This document shows positions 38,448 to 64,000 of a stretch of DNA of 64,000 bases, piece after piece. Both the position numbers and the translations under genes were made by a program. Numbering within the stretch: position 1 is the stretch's first letter; each line of letters opens with the position of its first letter. Below the pieces are notes generated by a model that saw only the letters and a program-made list of their open reading frames with translations, was not told the origin of the DNA and searched no databases. The stretch comes from the human T2T-CHM13v2.0 reference genome, Homo sapiens: assembly GCF_009914755.1 (NCBI RefSeq), contig NC_060943.1, one strand, 5' to 3'.

Positions 38448-38864
38448 TGCGATGGTTTGGATATTTGTCCCCTCCAAATCTCATGTTGAAATGTGATCCC
38501 CAGTGTTGGAGGTGGGGCCTAGTGTGAGGTATGTGGGCTATGGGGTGGATCCCACATGAATGGCTTAGTGCTGTCCTCATGGTAATGAGTGAGTTCTCCC
38601 TTTATGAGTTCACCCAAGAGATGGTTATTTAAAGGAGCCTGGCACTTCCTCCCCTCTCTCTTGTTTTCTCTCTCACTATGTGATGCACCAGCTCCCCTTT
38701 GCCTTCCGCCATGATTGGAAGCTTCCTGAGGCCTCCCCATAGTGCAGATGCCAGCACTATGCTTCCTGTACAGCCTGCAGAACCGTGAGCCAAATAAACC
38801 TCTTTTCTTTGTAAATTACCCATCCTCAGGTATTCCTTTATAGCCGTGTAAACAGACTAACACA
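38448..38864 (+). mobile_element. MST-type MaLR solo LTR
   Basis: tgcgatggtttggatatttgtcccctccaaatctcatgttg ... aataaacctcttttc ... gactaacaca. Confidence 0.85.
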
Positions 38865-39119
38865 GCCAGGGCCCTTGGAAGTTTTGTGGAAGCACTGGGT
38901 AGGACTGACGTGTGGTAGTCACTGTCCCTCCTGAGTCTCCTCTTATACTGTATGTGAGAGGGAGATTCTTTCAGGCAGCAAGTATTTTCCAAGCACCAAC
39001 TATAGCTCAGGCACAATTCCAGACTCTGGCAACTAAACTGATGAAACTCGTGGTCTCAGGAGCTTATATTTTGGTGGGGAAATGGAAAATAGAGAAATTA
39101 GGATGTTATGGGCACATTA

Positions 39120-48433
<9,314 letters not shown>

Positions 48434-48535
48434 CATGAATAAGTACTTACTAAGTCTCTGTGATTTGGGGGTCATTACAACAGACTGCCTGCTCAAACAC
48501 AGTGACAGAAAAAGAGGCACCAGTTTCTGTATCTA

Positions 48536-48585
48536 CAGGGAGCAGTTAAGTTTATGCGCAGGGAGCAGTTAAGTTTATGCGCAGG
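48536..48585. repeat. Perfect 23-bp tandem duplication
   Basis: (cagggagcagttaagtttatgcg)x2 followed by cagg. Confidence 0.95.
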
Positions 48586-48687
48586 CAATGGGAATGATAC
48601 TGTAATCTTGAGAATAAATGCAATCAATGAAAAGATCACCTTATGTAGCCCAAGGAGTTTAGTCTCCTTTGCTCAGACAGACAGATC

Positions 48688-48693
48688 TTTATT
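48688..48693 (-). terminator. Probable ZSCAN18 poly(A) signal AATAAA
   Basis: TTTATT on + strand about 800 nt past the stop; a second copy at 48832. Confidence 0.6.
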
Positions 48694-49486
48694 AGTGTTT
48701 TCAACTTATTTTGCTCACAACTTCCCAGCAAGAAATGTCTTACATTGCAACCAGTTCTCACATTTAGATGTATGGGTGAAAAGTTTCACAAAACAGTATT
48801 TGCCTTTACTACATGATGCATTCTGGCCTACTTTATTCTGCTTCATTGCTGTGTAATGCTGGTGACCACTTGCTAATTGATTTCCCATTTTACTAAATGG
48901 GCTGGGACCCACGGTCTGAAAACCCTGCCTTAGGCTGCAAGCATTTCTGTGATCTCTGCGAGCTACTCCATATAGGTAAACACACGCGAGGTAAACTAGG
49001 AAACAGCTTCTGCTTTTGCAGATTAGAAGTGAAGTTGACATCACGCCAAGTACGAAAAGGCTAAACAGCTGACAAAATTTCCACTTGAGCAACCCTGGGG
49101 AGCGCAAACAGGAGGAATCGGGGCAAGGGTGACTTGAAGAAAGCACTGGCAGATCACGCACTTTAAGGCAACTCTACACTGCACAATGTCAAATAACCTA
49201 GCATGGGGCGGCACTAAATGGCTGCAGGAAAGCCGAGTCTTCTTCCACATCCGGCGGCTCCCCTCGGATGCGAGCGCTGGCCCAGGGTGTGTTTACAGAG
49301 GTGAGGGCTTCCCGTGGACCCTTCTCGTTGGGAGCGCTTAGCCTCAGGAGCGGATTCAGGGCACAGGCAGAGGACGTCCACAAACACCACAGGAAGCCGC
49401 CACCCAGGGGCGTGGAAAGGCCCAATGCCTCGTCTGGGATTCACGGCCGGCAAAGCGGCCCCTCCGGAACGGGACAGCACAGCGGC

Positions 49487-55067
<5,581 letters not shown>

Positions 55068-55372
55068 CTTTCCAAAACGGCACTGGAAAATGTGACTGTC
55101 TAGCCAGGGACAAGGTGGCTCCAAAGGAGAGGTGCCAGGGATGACCAGATGCCCAGTGGGCTCAGGTGGTGCCAGAACCCACAGACCTGCAGAGGACACG
55201 GACAAGGCAATGGCCTTGCATAAGGCCAGGGCGCAGCCACCCCAGCTGCCAGAGAACAAAGACACCACACCCAGAGTTCACACAGATTTCCAAGAAACCC
55301 GCTTGTTAGGCATCAGTAGAACCTCAGTGTTGTACTCATGTAGATAAAAAGTAGCATGTAAATGGAGGGTAA

Positions 55373-56082
<710 letters not shown>

Positions 56083-56825
56083 GATAGATTATAGGGATGT
56101 CAATTTCTAATAACATGAAGGAGCTAGGTGTCAAGACTGTTCCTCCAGTTAAAACCACCACAAATCTGAAATAAAATTATTTAGAAAAAAGCGTAGGGAG
56201 CGGGGGGCTCCCTCTGGAGGCCACTGAACAACCACCCACCTCCCCGTTTCTGGAAATGGTGCAGGATGTAGGCTTTGACCAAAGCATCCACAGAACCAGG
56301 CGGGAGGGGCAGGAAGTACCCAGGAGCAAGGACAATGGGGGGTGGGGGGTGGGGGAGACCACAATGACTGAGAGAGTTCAGGTCCTGCCAACCTGTGCCC
56401 CACCCTCAGCTGAATCCCCACATACAGGGCAGCCCTATCATTAAGTGAAGCCAGTATTCAGGATGAACTCTCTTGATTGTAACTGTGCACCAACAATGAG
56501 CTCACTAAACAGAACCCAGCGGGTCACAGCTGTCCAGGCCTCCAGTCGGCCTCGGGCTCTCATGTCACTGGCTATGGACACACAAGGGTGTGAACTGCAG
56601 CTGTCCACCTTCTCCCAGGAACCGCCTGGGTCTGAAGGTCCACAGAGACAGCTGGAAGGGGATTTCCCACAGCCGCAGCAAGCCCAGTTTTATAGGGAAA
56701 ACCATAGAGTAAACCACACCAGGCCAGGTGCTGTGAGCCCTTCTCAGGTCGTCAAGTTCTGCTCTGACAGTGCTCCACCAGAATATGGGGCGCAAAGACC
56801 TCACCGCTGTGGGGTGGGGTGTGGT

Positions 56826-57415
<590 letters not shown>

Positions 57416-58537
57416 TCAACTATCAACCTCTCTCTCTGTGGCTACCAGAGTTTAAAGGGAAGTGCGGAACTCTTAAGTGCTGTTGGAAGACATTCTACAC
57501 AAGCTTCCACTTACCTCAAGCAGAACAGAGCCATGCCGTGCCATCGTCACCACCACCACGATACCTCTACTTTTTTTTTTTTTTTTTTTAAACACAGGGT
57601 CTTACTCTGTCACCCAGGCTGGAGTGCAGTAGCATGATCATAGCTTATTGCAGCCTCAACCTCCTGAGCTCAAGTGATCCTCCCACCCCAACCTCCTGAG
57701 TAGCTAGGACTAAAGGTGCACATCACCCACACCTGGCTAATTTTTAATTTTTTTTGTAGAGACAGGGATCTCACTATGTTGCCCAGGCTGGTCTGTAACT
57801 TCTGGACTCAAGGGATACGCCTGCCTGGGCCTCCCAAAGTGCTGGGATTACAGGCGTGAGCCACTGCACCCACCCCCACCCTTTTGTTACCTCATAGGCC
57901 TGAGCTCTCAACTGGCCCCTCCGGGAGACTTTTCCTCTGCACTCCTTGCACGCACCCACCTGACACCCGCTCACTGCCCCCGCCTTTTACCTCCCTACTG
58001 ACCGCCTCCCCCACTGGAATGCATACCCAGGAGAGTAAGGGTTCTTCACAGGCAGGTCCCTTGGCCTGGGCAGAGCTGGCTCAGTGTGTGTGGACTGCGC
58101 AAACAGTGCAGTTCTGCTGAGGGGTATGCTGGCTGTGCCTCATTTGTTTTTGGCAGTTGTGGACCCTCATGTCCATCTCTGTGGGGTCCTTTCTGATCTA
58201 TTTAAAGGACATATGGAGAAGCAGGATAGCTAGGGCACAGGGGACAACCTCACGACCGTCACCTACTTATGGCAGCCCCCACCGGGGTGCCCTCTCTCCT
58301 CACACACTCCACCTGCTGCCAGAGGACCCTCAGACCCAAGCATCTGCCTGCTCTGTGACTGAGCGCTTTCTCATGATTTAATCTCTGAGGGCGGGTAAAC
58401 TGCCCACTTTCCCGTGACTTTTTCTTTACAGCTCTTTCTGTCAACCAGTTAACGAGTTCCCTGTCTGGCTCTATCTTGCTACTGTCCCCATCTGTGGCTT
58501 GTCTTTTCACTCCACGCTGTCTTTTGGTCACAGGTAA

Positions 58538-58702
<165 letters not shown>

Positions 58703-59104
58703 TAGAGGCACTTGCCCCATGCCTAGCTAATTTTTGTATTTTTAGTACAGACGGGGTTTCACCATGTTGGCCAGGCTGGTCTCGAACTGCTGACCTCAAG
58801 TGATCCACCCGCCTCGGCCTCCCAAAGTGCCAGGATTACAAGAGTGAGCCACTGCAGCCAGCCTTCAACCATTTTTTAAATTGGACTTCGGAGTTCAGAA
58901 ACCCACTTAAAAAGGGTTTCTTTCCCTTGGGATTAGAAATACATCCTCTCCTTTAGGAGGCCAAGGCAGGCAGATCATGAGGTCAGGAGATCGAGACCAT
59001 CCTGGCTAACACCGTGAAACCCCATCTCTACTAAAAATACAAAAAAAAAAAATAATAATAATTAGCCAGGCATGGTGGCAGGCGCCCGTAGTCCCAGCTA
59101 CTCA

Positions 59105-59302
<198 letters not shown>

Positions 59303-59370
59303 TCAACTCTGCCTCGTGGCAAGTAAGCAACCAGAGCCCTGTGCGTACCCACAGGTTTGGCATGTTCTTA

Positions 59371-59532
<162 letters not shown>

Positions 59533-59619
59533 CTAGGCACAGTGGTGCATGCCTGTGGTCCCAGCTACTCTGGAGACTGAGGTTGGAGGATCACCTGAAC
59601 CCAGGAGGTCAAGGCTTCA

Positions 59620-59901
<282 letters not shown>

Positions 59902-62499
59902 CTAACCCCTGTTCTGGAGCCTCTCCTGATGGGAGGCGTGACGCCAGCTCTACCCCCTGGCAATGGAGGCACAGAGCTCTACTTGGTGCATGGACAGAGG
60001 TGTGGTCCTGCAGGCATGTAATTTTGGCTTTCTTAGGACGCCAGAGGCTTGTTCACCTTGCAGAGAACCTGTCTCCACAAAACAAACTGTGAGCTCCATA
60101 ATGTGTGTGCACAGAACCTTCCCTCATCAGAACCTCACAATCCCAGAGGGGTAGGAACCAGATGCAGCCCCAAGGTGCAAGTGGGAAATAGAGGCACGAG
60201 GCAGGCAATCACTAAGGCTGGGACCCCACCTGCAAAGTGACGCTGCCACTCATCCTTCCCCGTCCAGGCCCATAAGCCTGCCCTTTAAGAGGCCTCCTGC
60301 CGGCCCTCCCCTCTAGCCCTCATGGCCTCCACAGTGGGCAGATCCCAGCCAGCTCCCCCAGCCCCTCTCCTCCTGCTCCAACTTCCCAGCTCTGAGCATG
60401 GTGGAGGCATCGGGGTCTAGGTAGAATGAGCAAGGGTCCTCGGCCATTGGCAGGGGCGGGATGACGTGGGGAGGACGGGACACCCTCCGGCTGGGTCACT
60501 GGCCAAGACAGTGGGGGACACATGTCAGCCCCTGGGGACAGGAACGGGAGCTCCTCGCCTCTGTGCCCTTCCCCCTCAGCATTACAAGTTGTGAGCCTCT
60601 CTGGGAAGCCACCTCTGCCTCCACTTCCTCCATTCACCTGCAAAGCAGAAGCTTCCATGGAACCAGGGGTCTCCTAAAACGCCCAACTCCAAGGAAGCTG
60701 CTGCCTCCTGTGAAAACAGCCTCTCCCTGTTCATCTCCCTTCCTACTGGGACCCTGATGCTCACAGCCAGGAGGATGAGGCCATCTCAAGAGCCTCCAGA
60801 AATCTCTGGCCCTGTGTCTTCTTGCCTCCTTCAGCCCCATTCCTGGCCACACTGTCAAGAGGACTCTCAGAGATCTCACCGGGGCAGGTGCGGCAGCGTA
60901 CATCTATAATCTCAGAGCCTGGGGAGTCTTAAGCAGGAGGACTGCTTGAGCCCAGGAGTTGGAGGCTGTGATTGGCCACTGCACTCCAGCCTGGGCGACA
61001 GAATGAGCCCGTGTCTCACAAACAAACAAAATAGAGATACCACTGGGACCCTTTCCTGCCACAGCCTGCTTGAATGAGGCCACACCTCGTTGGAGTCTGG
61101 CTTGGTCACTGGGCAAACCTCCCTCCCCTAATCTTGGGACTGTCCAGGATTTGCCTCAGATGGGATTTTCCTGGAGCCCAGCCCCCCAGCCTCAGCAAAT
61201 GAAGCAATCTGCACAAGTCTTGAGCCAGTCCTGTAGGCTTTGCTGCACCCAGAGGCCTGGAATACAGAAGCTGAGGCAGAGAGCTCCACGGTGGGTGAGG
61301 GGTGGCTGAGCTGAGGGGTCCCAAGCCTGGTGGGTCTCCAGAGTCCTGCAGCAAATCCCCTTCATCCTGGGCTGAGCAGAGCTCAAGCCTGGTTTGGCCC
61401 TCCGTGGGCCCAGCCCTGGCCACCTGAGGAATATTCATCGCAGCTCTCCATCCCACCACACTCATCGGCAGGGTCTAGCAAACCACCCCACAGCCACAGG
61501 CCTGAGGATCAGCCAGGGAAGCTCAATGCATGGGATGTGGTTGTTGATGGGTCGCCGGATATTCCCAGGGTCTGCCCTGGCTTCATCCACAGATCACTTA
61601 CTCATTATAAAAAGGGGTAAAAGTGCTTTTAAAAGAATGAAAAAACATGGAGTAAGGGTCGTCGTTCACATCTCAGCTGCCTTTTGTGGTCCCTGATCCA
61701 CTCGCCAGGACAGACAGAACCAGAGAGATGTCCTGCGCAACTGGCCTAGGCTCCCCGAAAACCCGAGGCCAGAAATACCCAGGAAGTCACAGATTCAAGC
61801 ATCATGCACAGAAAACAGCAACTCGATGCGACACGTGGTCCCGCTCTGACTCCAGGGCAGGAAACCATCCGCAGGACATGATGGGATGGGGGAAGTGAAA
61901 TGGAACCGAGGAGGTGACATGGAACCAAGTGACTGTGCCACTCAGCCTCGCCCAGGAGTCAGCAAGGACACAGGCGAATATATGGGAAAGTGGAAGGAGG
62001 GCAGACAGAAATGGGGGAAGCGGGGAGGGAAGGTAGCAGGGAGAGAGAAGACAGGAGAGGAAGGAGCAAGAGCAGGGAAAGCCAGATAGTCTGGACGGGG
62101 GTAGAGGGGGATTGGGAAAAGGAAGGAGCCCAGGAGGGTGAGAGAAAGGAAATGGGGAAGGAGTGATGGGAGGGTGAGTCAGGCCCCCACCCCAACCCCC
62201 TGGGTCAGGACCGAAGCCAGTACACCCACTCTTGCCTCTTCCACGAGAGAGGTCTCCGGGGTGGGCGCAGACACCTAACTCAAACAGAACCCACCCCCAG
62301 GTGACTGGGGAGAGGCGAGATATTCCAAGGGTGGGGGCAGCAGAGACAATGCCCATTCTAGGCACCCCTTTGGTCCCCGCACCCTCCATCCCTTCCCTGC
62401 TCCAGCCCCTGGGGCCACAGCCTGCCCAGCGTCCCCCCACCACGGACACCCTCACATCCTCACACCCTCAGCCCCCACTTCCTCCCCTCCTCTTCCCTT

Positions 62500-62648
62500 C
62501 AGGAGCCTCCCCCTCCCTTCTCTTCCCCACTCAGGAGCCTCCCCCTCCCCCTTTTCGCCCCCCTCAGGAGCCTTCCCCTCCCCCCTTTCTCCCCCATCAG
62601 GAGCCTCCCCCTCCCTCATCTCTCCCCCATCAGGAGCCGCCCCTTCCT
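62500..62648. repeat. C-rich tandem repeat, about 4.5 x 32-33 bp (caggagcctccccctccc...)
   Basis: Unit starts at 62500, 62532, 62565, 62598, 62631. Confidence 0.88.
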
Positions 62649-62699
62649 GGTCTCCCACCCACAGGGTGCCCTAAGCGCCTCCCCTCCACGAGCCTACAC

Positions 62700-63260
62700 G
62701 GGGTGGGGGTTGCACTAGTTCCCTACCTGCCTGCAGGGCCCCTCACCGATCTGGATCTCAGCCACCTCCGGGGGGACCCGGCCCCTGCCCCGCACTCCAC
62801 GCGAAAGGATGCCAGACCCTCGGCCTCCTGGACGCACAGCGGGGGCTCGCACCCCAACCCCGGGAACACCCTAGCCCCTTTCCCTAGCGCTGCCCACTGA
62901 GGCGTCCTCACCGTCTACCCTGTTGGGGTCGCTCTCTGACCCCCGCGCTGCATCCCCGGGACCGACCCACCTGCTGCGCAGCTACCCCAGGCCGGTCCCA
63001 GCCGCCCGGAGCCCCAGTGCGCGATGGCGGCCGGCAAACTGCGCCTGCGCACTGGGCCTCACCGCGGACTACGACTCCCACAATGCCGCGAGGCTGTGCC
63101 GCGCACGGGGGCGAGCAAGGGAGCCGTGACAGGTGACAGTGCGCATGGCCAATCAGACGCGAGTGTGGCCTCCCGGCGTCCCGCCCACTCCGGCGCCTGC
63201 GTCATTTTGGGCACCATGGCAACGAAGTAAACAAGCGGGTAAATAATAGACCCCTGACAG
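62700..63260 (-). promoter_or_regulatory. ZSCAN18: ZSCAN18 CpG-island promoter and non-coding first exon (donor CAG|gtgggt after 62971)
   Basis: NRF1 TGCGCCTGCGCA 63040-63051; ZNF143/THAP11 ACTACGACTCCCACAATGC 63068-63086; CCAAT box 63149; GC box 63180; X-box-like GGCACCATGGCAAC 63210-63223. Confidence 0.8.
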
Positions 63261-64000
63261 CCAGAGACCCGGAGAAACAAAGACGGTGAGAAACGGAGAA
63301 ACAAAGACAAAAAGACGCGCAGACCGGGAGGGAGAGAAGCATGAAGGCCCACAGACGCTCGGGGGCAGACCAAGACGCCCTGGGGTCCCCGAAACAGAGA
63401 TGTACAGAGTCGGACACGGAAAGGGAGAGACCAGCTCACGGTTAAGAAAGGAGGGAGACCAGCCCAGGATCAAGAAAGGGAAAGACCAGCATGGGCTCAA
63501 GAAAAGAAAGAGACCAGCTCAGGCTCAGGAAAAGAGGGAGACCCAGAGAAAAGGAGCACTCGAGGCTGAGACAGATCTGGACAGAGATACAGAGACAGGG
63601 ACCAGCAGACCCAGTACTGGGGAGACAAGAGGTGGAGACCCAGAGACACTGATGCGCTAAAATGGGTTCTACAGTTTCAAGGAGTGGATAGAACTCAAAG
63701 ATTACCCACCCCAGGGATTCAGGAGCTGCTGAAATGAGGGAAATGTGAGTGGCAGCTGGGGTGAGGGCTTTGGCAAAGCCCCATATAAATGTAGCCCCCC
63801 TGGAAGGCAGGATAGGGCCAGGAGCTGCTTCCCATTTCAGTTTTCCAGATAGAGGCGCTTATGAGGATGCCATTTTGGTCGTTTTTGTGTGAACTGATTT
63901 TTAAAATGTATATCTGAACAGTTTATATATTTTAAATTTACATACACCACACATTTTGGTATTCAGTTTTATGAATTTTAACTCATATCCACCAACAAAC

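Noticed and set aside
62232-62900. 222-aa proline-rich ORF
   Set aside because: It is the translation of the C-rich tandem repeat and has a non-ATG start.

Overview
Human (primate) DNA. A near-consensus AluYa5 and the encoded proteins point to the 19q13.43 zinc-finger cluster. Three protein-coding genes can be reconstructed exon by exon with GT-AG junctions and lengths that add up. ZSCAN1 (+) gives 408 aa with a SCAN domain and 3 C2H2 fingers; its promoter lies left of the window. ZNF135 (+) gives 658 aa with KRAB-A/B and 16 C2H2 fingers. ZSCAN18 (-) gives 510 aa with SCAN and 2 C2H2 fingers. The long ZSCAN1 intron holds a sense-oriented LETM1 processed pseudogene with a preserved CpG-rich 5' end, an antisense HNRNPDL retro-fragment, a split Tigger3 DNA transposon and an LTR10-type fragment. 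An Alu-interrupted 7SL pseudogene follows ZNF135. The rest is very Alu-dense (about 50 copies or fragments by eye), with MaLR LTRs, L1M and DNA-transposon relics. The best leads are: vestigial KRAB exons in both 'SCAN-only' genes; a frame-symmetric, stop-free ZSCAN18 SCAN exon between inverted Alus; an imprinted-retrogene-like layout around the LETM1 copy; a 5-finger higher-order repeat plus fossil 3'-UTR fingers in ZNF135; and a splice-dependent start-codon/uORF switch in ZNF135. No wholly new gene system is demonstrated. Repeat-family names come from recalled consensus sequences and need RepeatMasker/Dfam confirmation.
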